NCBI GenBank assembly: GCA_021650915.1
Contig: CP091279.1
Coordinates: 1,890,001-1,922,000 of the forward strand
Direction of reading: 5' to 3'
DNA: 32,000 nucleotides
From: Candidatus Brocadia sp.
GTDB taxonomy: Bacteria > Planctomycetota > Brocadiia > Brocadiales > Brocadiaceae
Position 1 is the stretch's first letter; each line of letters starts with the position of its first letter. The translations under genes and the position numbers were made by a program. A model generated the notes under the pieces. It searched no databases and was not told the origin of the DNA. It worked only from the letters and a program-made list of their open reading frames with translations. Below are positions 1-9,201 of this stretch, in pieces.

Positions 1-115
1 TTTTCATTACCGACAAGTCATAAGTTTTTAAATACTTACGGTCTCTAAGTAGAGACTCGATCTCATTTATTAGGGAATCATTACCCAGAAGAAGAACCTT
101 TTGCTTCGTAAACAT
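1..115 (-). CDS. hypothetical protein, N-terminal fragment only (continues past left edge)
   Basis: ATG at 115-113 on the minus strand opens a frame (MFTKQKVLLLGNDSLINEIESLLRDRKYLKTYDLSVMK) that stays open to position 1. No clear RBS and only 38 codons are visible. Confidence 0.25.
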   Translation of the reverse strand, partial: MFTKQKVLLLGNDSLINEIESLLRDRKYLKTYDLSVMK

Positions 116-545
116 TTGGTTTGGGAAAAGCTTTTATATCAGGACAAAGATCGATAGGATTGCTCTACTAATTATGACTTCAGTGGTTAAAATGCACGAA
201 AAACCTATCCTGCTAATAACGTTTTATTAATCCAACTGAAGTGAAGGCAGCTAAAACTTTTGGTAAGGTCATCTTTTACAACTCAACAAAAGTATGTAGT
301 CATGGCCTCTTCCTCTACATCCATGTATTAAGAAGTTCCCCCCCTTCTAACCACTTTGCACCCAATGGTCACAGGTGATTTACTTTTGTATTAACAGGTT
401 ATCCGAAAATCAAAACCCATAAAAGTGCGGCCATTGATTTACAAGAATTTATACCTTAGAGATATTTCTTTCAGCATAAAATGCTTTTCGTTATAATAAC
501 ACTATTATTAAAAAATACAACTGAAAAAACCCGAGACTCTATTTA

Positions 546-2394
546 GTGTCTGAACGAAAACGCACTTTTTGTAAAAGTGCGAGGTCGATTTTCTATTTAC
601 CAATAGATAATTTTAAGATTTGAGATTAGGGTTTTTGGCAAAAATACTGTTCTTTTACATATTTCCCTTGTTTTCCCCTTTATTTTAGCCTTGTCTGGGC
701 GTACCTGCCTCCCGGCAGACTGTTTTTCTTCGTGTTTTTTGCTTGCTTAGGCGGCTTTTCGCAACTTTTCGCACTGCTTCCGTGCCTTCTCCTGCAGCAC
801 GTTTCCCAGCTTGTGCAAATTCGCAGCTAACACGCCCATTGCACAATATCTTTTAAAGGCATGCAGCCCTTTGTCCGGACACCTATCCAAGCCGTGATGC
901 TCCAAACGATTGATATCCGATTCTACCGCCGAGTGCTTGTGCCTTAGCTTCTTAAATGTCTTACCCGATTCCTCTTCCTGTTCCGCCTTATTCTTCTTGC
1001 CCTTCTTGGGAAGGATTACCTCTGGTATATACAAACTCAGCAACTCTTTATTCTCTTTCTTGTAAAAACCTTTATCAAAACTTATACTCTTTATTGTGCC
1101 TTCTCCGTAACGGCTCAACAACCTATCTGCCAATGGAATTACCAACGATACATCCGCCTGTTTTTCTCCTACCACATGGTCCACGATGAAACCCCACTGA
1201 TCGCTTGCTACCAGAATATTATGTCCCAACTCTACCCTTTTGTTTGACTTGCCTTTGTACAGCCACTCCGTATGCGGCTCAAACAACGAATGAACCTTTT
1301 CTGCCGCCGGTATTACCTCATCCCGGATCACCCTTCTCTCCACCAGGTCTATCTGTTTATTCAACATCCCGTGAAAATACTCCAGTGTCCCTATTTTCCC
1401 TGCATGCTTGTCTACCTGGTTCGTCGTTAGCACCTTTTCGTAGATGGCTAACAGACTCGCTCCTATCTTTTCACTCAAACCCCTCGATAATTCCAAGTAA
1501 CTCCTCACATGCTCTTCCTTGTTTTTCCCCCCCGCTGCTTGACGCCTTTGCGCTTATCCTCATCAGCTTTTTTAACTCTCTCCTCCAATATTTGCTCTTG
1601 CGCCATCCTTTCCCCGCCAGGATGCCTTCCTCTATTGCATCCTCTATCATGTCCAGACTCTTGCGTCCCGCATCCCACAATAAATTCATATCGGCGGAAA
1701 GTGTACATTCGTCTCTAACACATACGTATCCACCTTAATACACAGTCCTTCGTCCTTTTTTTTAACCAACTGATGCCCCGATGATATCACCACTTCATTT
1801 ATCTGCCTGAGGGTCTCCTCATCCAACAATCTTATATTGTCCTTGATGCTCTGCATCGAAAAAACCTTCGCCTCTCCAAATGCCGTCTCAACCCCCATTA
1901 TCTGCCTGATAAGTTTGTGATGGTTGGCAAAATCCTCCAACCTGTCATAATCGGCATCTAACCCTAATCTTACCACCGACAACACCAAAATATGCCATAA
2001 ATCCATCCCATATCTTCCCGTCTTTTTCTTCCCCTTCGTTACCTTCGCCTCTAATATCCGGAATACCTCCTCGTTCAACTCCGGTGTAACATAGATATGT
2101 TGCAACGCCCTCAGTATCGGTGGTAGCTCATCTCGACTCTTTATTGGCAGTTTTACCCCTGAAATGGGTATGATGCCAAGCTTCAATTGCTGCTCAAATC
2201 TCTTTCTCATCTTCTATCGAATGTCCTTTGGCTAGTGGGTTAATGAACCGAATATTTGGACTCTTTATACCCAGAATCCCTTCATTTTCGCCATATTTTA
2301 CCCTTTTACCCGAAAAAATTCAATGACTTTCATGAACATTTTTCACCAGCTTCTCCTTACTTTACAGGGCTCTGGGGGGTTTCCGTTCAAACAC
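546..2394 (-). mobile_element. IS element copy 1, 1849 bp (IS5/ISNCY-like; size and 6-bp TSD fit the ISDol1 group, from memory)
   Basis: The ends GTGTCTGAACGAAAACG (546->) and the reverse complement of 2394 (GTGTTTGAACGGAAACC) form imperfect IRs, about 14/17. It is flanked by the direct repeat TATTTA at 540-545 and 2395-2400. A near-identical inverted copy lies at 21769-23619. Confidence 0.85.
747..2210 (-). pseudogene. DDE transposase of IS copy 1, broken by two frameshifts
   Basis: ORF fragments 1686-2210, 1471-1689 and 747-1508 are colinear and rebuild one ~487-aa transposase. Its N-terminus is InsH/DUF772-like (GRYGMDLWHILVLSVVRLGLDADYDRLEDF) and it has a DDE region (VDTYVLETNVHFPTD). 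Relative to copy 2, one nt is missing at ~1694/1695 and the C run at 1527-1533 is 7 nt instead of 6. Confidence 0.85.
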
Positions 2395-2717
2395 TATTTA
2401 TTTACTATCTTTCAAAGGTTTTACCAATTTACTTCCATCTTTACCATGCTATATAACTAAGCATAAGTAATACCATATAGTGTTTTTCGCGCTAAGAAAA
2501 ACTCTTTCTATAAAAGATGCAGATTTCACGTTTTTGAGTGGTTATATTCACAACTGGCCCGTCGGCCAAGCAAGTTATTGTAAATTCGTTCGCTATTTAA
2601 GCCTGTATAACAAGAATTTGTCCTCAAAAAATAGGTAGCAAAACACCCTTTCCCGGGTATATGGCCTCCTCCGTTGCTACTTTTCGGACAGCCCACTCAA
2701 TCCCGTTTTCGCCATTG

Positions 2718-4415
2718 CTAACTTGCCGTTAACAAGGGTAAATTTGCGTAGACCCTGCAAATTGAATCGGAGAGCTTATCGGGATCATGTCGCAGCAAAT
2801 CTTGCTTTTCCCATAAGATACGTTTCTGGTTAAGGTCTTCAACCAAGTCAGCTTTTTTAACGTTGACGTTTAAATTATAAACACCTTCATCCATTAAAAC
2901 TACGTCAGCCCCTTCTTTTTGATATTTATCCAAGATATCCCTACGAGGAATGTTATTATTTACAATGACGTAATCCAGTGCACCCTCGCCAAGATATTTT
3001 ACTATGGCGTTAATGTGGTGTGACACCTTATAGAGGTCGGTTTGGCCAGGCTGAGTAACAATGTTGCAAATGTATATCTTGGTCGCTTTGCTGTTTCGAA
3101 TGGCATTTCTGATCCCTGGCACCAGTAAATTTGTGATAATGCTTGTAAAAAGACTGCCAGGGCCTATTACAACAATATCGGCCTTGTGAATTTCTTCTAT
3201 AGCTTCCGGAGGCGATGCGGCATTTTCATCTTTCAGGAAGACGTCCTTAATCGGCGACTTGCCTACGGCACGCACGTTAAATTCCTCCTCTACATAAGTT
3301 CCATCTTCCAGTTCTGCGCAAATATGGGTATTTGCAAGCGTCGAAGGAAGCACTTTTCCCCGAATGTTTAATATCTTACTCGCCCTCTTAATGGCCTGCT
3401 CAAAGCTCCCCGTTATGTCCGTTAATGCTGTCATTAATAAATTTCCGAGGCTCATCCCTTCCAGCGAACCTCTGTCAAACCGGTATTGAAATAATTGGTA
3501 GAGTTCCCGTTCCTGTTCTTCTGTTTCTGAAAGCGCTACCAGGCAGTTTCTCGCATCCCCTGGTGGCAGAATGCCAAACTCCTCCCTTAAAATACCGGAG
3601 CTCCTCCCCGAATCAGTAACGGTTACAACTGCAGTAAGGTGCTTGCTGTATGTCTTTGAACCATCAAGCATAATGGGAAGGCCGGTACCACCCCCGATGG
3701 CAACGATCTTAAGTTTATCAGGCGTCTTTCCCAGATTGTTGAGCTGAAGAATCGTGGGAATCTGGAAAATGCGTTTGATCTTATAGTCTGGCCTGTCACA
3801 CTCATTCATTGCAGGTTCATTCTTAAATCTCCCCTGCAGCATCTGAATGGTGGTCATGCCAAGTGATTTGGCAATTCGTAATTCATCCCGTACCCTGTCG
3901 CCCACCATGACGGCTTCTCCAGGACTAATATTGTGCCTCCTGACAAGATCACGCATGCAATCTTCCACGAGAAGTCCAATTTCCTGATCGTTGATTACAA
4001 TCTCGTCAAAGAAAGGTTTTAAGCCCAGCATCTGTATCTTTTTTTCCTGACGCTCATGGACACCTACGGTTAGCAGAAAAAGCTTATACCCTTTTTCCCT
4101 CAACTCTTTAAGGGTAGAAATGGCATATGGGAATGGTTGTATCTCAGAGACCTCACTGCTATTATATGCCTTGTAAGCAATATTGACTAATTTCTTATCT
4201 GCATGATATTTGTTCACAATCTCGTTAAATACCAGATAATACGGACCGTATTTTTCCGTAAGTTCCTTTTGCAGTTGATAGACCTCTTCTTCGGAACACG
4301 GGAGACCTGCCTCCACCATTGCCCTTGCCGCACGCCTCCGGGACGCATCGATAAGCGAACCGGTACAATCGTATAACGTGTCGTCCAGATCAAAGATCAC
4401 TGCCTTTATTTTCAT
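2718..4415 (-). CDS. HAD-superfamily hydrolase domain fused to a YvcK/CofD-like (UPF0052, gluconeogenesis factor / 2-phospho-L-lactate transferase family) domain
   Basis: N-terminal HAD motif I is IFDLDDTLYD. The C-terminal half has KIVAIGGGTGLPIMLDG...VVTVTDSGRSSGILREEFGILPPGDARNCLVALS, typical of YvcK/CofD. The ORF is open to 4472, but the ATG at 4415 is preceded by GAGGGTAGAGTAT (RBS-like) and starts right at the HAD motif. Confidence 0.8.
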   Translation of the reverse strand: MKIKAVIFDLDDTLYDCTGSLIDASRRRAARAMVEAGLPCSEEEVYQLQKELTEKYGPYYLVFNEIVNKYHADKKLVNIAYKAYNSSEVSEIQPFPYAISTLKELREKGYKLFLLTVGVHERQEKKIQMLGLKPFFDEIVINDQEIGLLVEDCMRDLVRRHNISPGEAVMVGDRVRDELRIAKSLGMTTIQMLQGRFKNEPAMNECDRPDYKIKRIFQIPTILQLNNLGKTPDKLKIVAIGGGTGLPIMLDGSKTYSKHLTAVVTVTDSGRSSGILREEFGILPPGDARNCLVALSETEEQERELYQLFQYRFDRGSLEGMSLGNLLMTALTDITGSFEQAIKRASKILNIRGKVLPSTLANTHICAELEDGTYVEEEFNVRAVGKSPIKDVFLKDENAASPPEAIEEIHKADIVVIGPGSLFTSIITNLLVPGIRNAIRNSKATKIYICNIVTQPGQTDLYKVSHHINAIVKYLGEGALDYVIVNNNIPRRDILDKYQKEGADVVLMDEGVYNLNVNVKKADLVEDLNQKRILWEKQDLLRHDPDKLSDSICRVYANLPLLTAS

Positions 4416-4570
4416 ATACTCTACCCTCATCTGAGTAAATATTTTATTGCCTGATGATACAAAGAATTTCAAACGACTATTTTTGTAAGTTTTTCTTCGT
4501 ATCCCACGCTCTGTTTTATTCTTTTAGTTACAGCTTCGCGACGTTACAATTTAGCAAAAATAATACCGCG

Positions 4571-5254
4571 TCATTTTATTTGTTCTTTCCGTACCCTATT
4601 TACCAATAAATGGGCATGTCGCACTGGTTCCGGAATCCGATACCCACGGCATGTTGCCAAAGCGATGTGAATTGCTAACGCCAAATTTACTTTATGCCCG
4701 GGAGATACAAAGATAGGATTGGTATTTACTTTCGTCCTTAATACCGCACCAACGGCTTCATGCTGATAAAAAAGTTTAGAATATGCACCAACGACATTTT
4801 TCACACACCGGAATTCTCCTACCAGTCGACTTTTGGCACACCCAATAGCTCGTCTGTCAAGAATAAGCCCCATGTGTGATGCTAAACCAAAATGGCGCGG
4901 ATGAGCAATCCCCTGCCCATCAAAAAGGATAACGTCTGGATCGTTTTTCAGTTTTTTAAATGCCTTCAGCAAGATAGGGGCTTCACGAAAGGAGAGAAGA
5001 CCGGGAATATACGGAAATCTTATCCTACCATGAGCCGTAGCCTCCTCAATCTTTTCTAACTGCTTGCCTAATTTATATACAACGACGCCGGCGAAAAAGG
5101 AATCACCATGCTTGTCATAAGAGACATCTGCTCCTGCCACCGTAGAGATTTTTCCCGCGACTCTTTTCAGGATAAGCTGTTCTCGTAAAACTTTCTGAAC
5201 CTCAATGGCCTTTTTATAGCCGAGGCGCCATGAATGCAACTGGTTGAATTTCAT
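4571..5254 (-). CDS. nfi: endonuclease V (deoxyinosine 3' endonuclease)
   Basis: 227 aa. AGADVSYD, PYIPGLLSFREAPILL, DGQGIAHPRHFGLASHMGL, IGCAKSRL and GYRIPEPVR match E. coli Nfi motif for motif. Confidence 0.9.
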   Translation of the reverse strand: MKFNQLHSWRLGYKKAIEVQKVLREQLILKRVAGKISTVAGADVSYDKHGDSFFAGVVVYKLGKQLEKIEEATAHGRIRFPYIPGLLSFREAPILLKAFKKLKNDPDVILFDGQGIAHPRHFGLASHMGLILDRRAIGCAKSRLVGEFRCVKNVVGAYSKLFYQHEAVGAVLRTKVNTNPIFVSPGHKVNLALAIHIALATCRGYRIPEPVRHAHLLVNRVRKEQIK

Positions 5255-5414
5255 TCCTCTTGTGCATATCAGCGGTATGTTGATTTCATGAATGGAAAAA
5301 CTTTGTTACAACGGAAACAGATTGTCGGTGCGTTTCTTGCTTGTGAACCACGGAGTTATCTGGGTATACGAGCCAAACAAGATGCTCTTCCCTTACCCCC
5401 CTGTCTCTCCGTTG

Positions 5415-5942
5415 TCAGGGCGCTTCCAATTCTTCAACCTGCGGAAGGTCTTTAATATCTTTCAATCCGAAATATTCAAGAAATTTTTTCGTTGTGCCGT
5501 AGAGTAACGGATGTCCTAAAGATTCGTCCCTTCCCACAACCTTAACCAGATCTTTTTCCATAAGCAATCTGATGATCTGGCCTGACTGAACTCCGCGGAT
5601 GGATTCCAGATTTGCGCGTAATATGGGTTGTTTATAAGCAATAATTGCAAGCGTCTCTAAGGCCGCTTGAGAGAGTTTCGTTTCTCCCGTTTTTTTCCGT
5701 AACTTTGCTATCCATTCATAATATTCAGGTTTGGTAAATAATTGATAGCCACCGGCAATTTCTTCAATCTGGAACGACCTTCCCTGCATTTCATAGTCGC
5801 TCTTCAACTGTGTGATAGCTTCCTGAATCTGCGCGCTATCGACCCCTTCGATAAGGTCGGTGAGCTTACGAAGGGAAATGGGTTCTTCGGCAGCAAATAT
5901 TAAGGATTCAACGATGGGTTTAATCTCTTCAATACTTTTCAT
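5415..5942 (-). CDS. scpB: segregation and condensation protein B
   Basis: 175 aa. The N-terminal IVESLIFAAEEPISLRKL and two winged-helix-like halves (YQLFTKPEY, ALETLAIIAYKQPI...IRGV) are typical of ScpB. Confidence 0.85.
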   Translation of the reverse strand: MKSIEEIKPIVESLIFAAEEPISLRKLTDLIEGVDSAQIQEAITQLKSDYEMQGRSFQIEEIAGGYQLFTKPEYYEWIAKLRKKTGETKLSQAALETLAIIAYKQPILRANLESIRGVQSGQIIRLLMEKDLVKVVGRDESLGHPLLYGTTKKFLEYFGLKDIKDLPQVEELEAP

Positions 5943-5971
5943 AGATGGTAAAAACTGTTGCTCTTTAAAGC

Positions 5972-6700
5972 CTATTTTATTTCCCAGGCCGGGGGCTGAA
6001 CGATGCCTTTTATTTTATCAATTGCATTTTGCACCGCATTAACCACCGCCTTTGTTGATATGGTAGCTCCGGTAATGGCCGTAATCCTTTCATCATCTTT
6101 TACCTTCGCCACAATCAGTTGATTGCAGGTTTTCTGCTTGAATTGTTGTTGAAACCAGGGTTGAGCTTTTTTCTCTTTTTTCAATAATCCGAATTTTCTC
6201 ATCCTTTCAGGTTGCCTGAACATGGGCAATTGCCATTCTTCTTCACTATCCCAGTCGATGGCTTTCGGGTCTTTACCAAAGATCACACTCCACAAGGTCG
6301 TTGTACTTTCAACTTCAGTCATTTTCGTGCCAAGCCCAGGGGTCTCATTCTGGGCAAGGATATTAACGCCAATAATCTTTTCAAGGCGGGGATCCAAACC
6401 AACCATGACCTTAATCTTACTTGAATACCCCTGCGCCTCTCCGCATGCCGCATAACCAATAAGCTGGCCTGCCTTGTTGAGTCCTTTATAAACACGATCC
6501 TGATCAGACACCTCTGATGGTGTTACTTCATCGGGAGCGCTTTCCAGGCCGGGCAATACCACGTACAAGGCCTCGGTTCGCACGGCTAATTCCTTTCTCT
6601 TAATCGTATCTTTGGTAAGCAGGAACGTCGAGGATACACCCAGGGACGCCAGGAGAGAAACCAACGTCAGGGTAATGGTATATTGTGCCTTTTTTTGCAT
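5972..6700 (-). CDS. rnfG: Rnf electron-transport complex subunit G (FMN-binding)
   Basis: 242 aa with an N-terminal membrane anchor. The C-terminal FMN-attachment motif is ITGATISTKAV. Its ATG lies 1 nt after the rnfD stop. Confidence 0.8.
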   Translation of the reverse strand: MQKKAQYTITLTLVSLLASLGVSSTFLLTKDTIKRKELAVRTEALYVVLPGLESAPDEVTPSEVSDQDRVYKGLNKAGQLIGYAACGEAQGYSSKIKVMVGLDPRLEKIIGVNILAQNETPGLGTKMTEVESTTTLWSVIFGKDPKAIDWDSEEEWQLPMFRQPERMRKFGLLKKEKKAQPWFQQQFKQKTCNQLIVAKVKDDERITAITGATISTKAVVNAVQNAIDKIKGIVQPPAWEIK

Positions 6701-6701
6701 G

Positions 6702-7733
6702 TTAACCTTTTTTTACCCCAGTCCCATAAAGTCTCGGTTTCGTATAGCGGTCAATGAGCGGTGTTGCTGTGTTCATGAGCAAAATGGAATAGCATACCCC
6801 TTCCGGATAGCCGGAATAAAACCGGATTAGCGCCGTAAGCACACCGGCGCCAATCGCAAATATGATCAACCCGCGCTTTGCTAAAGGCGACGTAACCATA
6901 TCGGTAGCCATAAAGAATGCGCCCAGAAATAACCCCCCTGAAAAGATATGATACCAGGGATTATTCGCCCATGGAGTGACTGCCCGCGGAGGTAAAATGA
7001 GCGCCATAACAAACATAGTTACAATGTAATAGACGGGGACGTACCACTTGATGTAACGCTTGTAAATCAAAAATGCGCCACCCAGCAGCAAAGCAATCAC
7101 GGAGGTCTCCCCGATGCAACCGGGAACATTTCCCATAATTAACTTGGCAAGGGTGTAGGTTTCAGCGCCCGCCTCTTTTGTCAGCGGCGTTGCGCGCGTA
7201 ATGGCATCCACCAATTTACCTGCAGGATCCATTTTGGTAATGCTGTGGACGAGATTACCTATGCCATGCTCCAGGATACGCCAATCTGAATTCATTACCG
7301 CAGGGTAGGCCACCTGCAGGAATGCCCGTGCAGCCAAAGCAGGATTCCAGATATTATTTCCCAACCCTCCAAAGCAGTGTTTTACAACGGCAATAGCAAA
7401 AAAAGACCCAACCACCGGAACATACCACGGAACGCTCGGCGGTAAAGTGTATGCCAGCAAAACCCCTGTTACAACTGCACTCCCATCTTTTATCGTAGGT
7501 ACGATCGGTTGTTTCCGCAAAATTAAAATACCTGCTTCGGTAACAACAGATGCCAGGCAGCAAAGAAAAATCACGGAAAGGCAATAATACCCAAAAGCAA
7601 AAGCGCCTGCAATCCCGGCAGGAACCAACGAAAGCACCACAGCCCACATAATCCGTGGAATATTTTCCCCATCATAGATATGAGGGGAAGCGCTCACGAT
7701 TAAATTGTGACGAATTTCAGTTTGGTCTGACAC
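6702..7733 (-). CDS. rnfD: Rnf electron-transport complex subunit D
   Basis: 343-aa polytopic membrane protein. SGGLFLGAFFMATDMVTSP and the overall NqrB/RnfD pattern are present. Confidence 0.9.
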   Translation of the reverse strand: MSDQTEIRHNLIVSASPHIYDGENIPRIMWAVVLSLVPAGIAGAFAFGYYCLSVIFLCCLASVVTEAGILILRKQPIVPTIKDGSAVVTGVLLAYTLPPSVPWYVPVVGSFFAIAVVKHCFGGLGNNIWNPALAARAFLQVAYPAVMNSDWRILEHGIGNLVHSITKMDPAGKLVDAITRATPLTKEAGAETYTLAKLIMGNVPGCIGETSVIALLLGGAFLIYKRYIKWYVPVYYIVTMFVMALILPPRAVTPWANNPWYHIFSGGLFLGAFFMATDMVTSPLAKRGLIIFAIGAGVLTALIRFYSGYPEGVCYSILLMNTATPLIDRYTKPRLYGTGVKKG

Positions 7734-7855
7734 GAAAGTTATATTTATAGCTCACGATAGTTTTTCGGGAAATTTCTTGATATTGCCTAAAGAACTTGAA
7801 CCCCGATCTGTGCCTATAGCGGCATTCAAGAAAACCTATCTGCAAAGATTCCCTG

Positions 7856-9196
7856 TTATCCCTTCATCTTGCGTTTGGCAATCTCACTCTTTGCAAATTT
7901 AATGAGATGCACAATCGGTCTTTTCGCCGGACATACGTAACTGCAACAACCACACTCCTTACACTCCATAACGTTGTTATCAAGCGCCTGATCAAACTCC
8001 TTCGCTTCGCATACGATACTTAACTCACTGGGATTCAGGCCATAAGGACAACTATCGACACAACGCCCACACCTTATGCATGCATGAGACTCCCATCTCT
8101 GGGCATCGCGCAGCACAAGGATACCTCCCGTCCCTTTGATTGTGACGGCAGTGTCGATACTACCTTGTGCTATACCCATCATAGGACCACCAAAGATAAT
8201 CTTATTGACGTCAGCGGTAAGCCTCGCTTCTTCTAATAATTGTCTGACCGGTGTCCCCAGACGCACTAGAAAATTTTGCGGATTTTCCACACCATTTCCC
8301 GTAACGGTGACGATCCTTTCAATGAGCGGCCTATGAAATTTCACCGCTTCATACACGGCAAAAGCCGTCCCTACATTGGCCACAATCGCGCCCACCTCTA
8401 AAGGTAGTTGTGTTGGTTTGAACTCCCGGTTCAATAATGCCTTGATAAGTTGGTGCTCAGCCCCTTGAGGGTATTTTACCTCCATAAGGTCTACTTTTAT
8501 ATCAGGATCCTTTGATACGATATCCCTGAAAATGGCGTAAACATCCCTTTTATTTTCCTCAATGCCAATGTGCGCCTTCTTACAGCCAATGCATCTCATC
8601 ATCAACTTCAAACCCTCTATTATCTCATGGGGTTTGTCGAGCATAAGGCGGTAATCACAGGTAAGATAAGGTTCACATTCGGCGCCGTTCATAACTACCG
8701 TATCAATGCTTTTATCTTTCGGCGGGGTGAGTTTTACATGCGTAGGAAAGGTAGCGCCGCCCAGACCAACGATACCGGCAGTATGGATGCGACGCCTGAT
8801 CTCTTCAGAAGAGAGAAGATCGGTGTCGGAAGCCACGTTCACATCTTCCGCCCACACTTCTTCCCCGGAATTCTCAATAATAACTGCAGGACATTTCATC
8901 CCTGTAACGGGATGCGGCCACGGAGCAACATCGATAACTTTCCCTGAAACAGATGCATGCACATGTGCAGAAATAAAACCTTGCGCATCGCCAACCAACT
9001 GCCCCTTTTTAACAACGTCTCCCTTTTTCACAATCGGTTTGGCAGGTGCGCCAATGTGTTGGCTCATTACCAAATACACGGTCTTGGGGAGCGGGAGGGT
9101 CGTCTTTTGTTTATCCAGAGTAAGGGCTTTCCCGTCCTCTGCCGGATGAATACCGCCAAGAAATGTTTTTAATCGCGATTTCATGAGAGTCATCAT
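7856..9196 (-). CDS. rnfC: Rnf electron-transport complex subunit C
   Basis: 446 aa. It has GLGGATFPTHVKL (NADH/SLBB region) and two ferredoxin-type motifs, CIRCGRCVDSCP and CKECGCCSYVCP. Confidence 0.9.
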   Translation of the reverse strand: MMTLMKSRLKTFLGGIHPAEDGKALTLDKQKTTLPLPKTVYLVMSQHIGAPAKPIVKKGDVVKKGQLVGDAQGFISAHVHASVSGKVIDVAPWPHPVTGMKCPAVIIENSGEEVWAEDVNVASDTDLLSSEEIRRRIHTAGIVGLGGATFPTHVKLTPPKDKSIDTVVMNGAECEPYLTCDYRLMLDKPHEIIEGLKLMMRCIGCKKAHIGIEENKRDVYAIFRDIVSKDPDIKVDLMEVKYPQGAEHQLIKALLNREFKPTQLPLEVGAIVANVGTAFAVYEAVKFHRPLIERIVTVTGNGVENPQNFLVRLGTPVRQLLEEARLTADVNKIIFGGPMMGIAQGSIDTAVTIKGTGGILVLRDAQRWESHACIRCGRCVDSCPYGLNPSELSIVCEAKEFDQALDNNVMECKECGCCSYVCPAKRPIVHLIKFAKSEIAKRKMKG

Positions 9197-9201
9197 ATGA
9201 T

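Noticed and set aside
2256-2456. The 66-aa ORF, and its twin at 21725-21907, which share 47 identical N-terminal residues
   Set aside because: The shared part is simply the terminal ~140 bp of the IS read in a non-coding frame. The peptides diverge exactly at the IS boundary, which helped map the end. There is no coding evidence.
5972-9196. Alternative reading of the three membrane-complex genes as Na+-NQR subunits NqrA/B/C
   Set aside because: The 446-aa subunit carries two complete 4Fe-4S ferredoxin motifs (CIRCGRCVDSCP, CKECGCCSYVCP). These are characteristic of RnfC and absent from NqrA.
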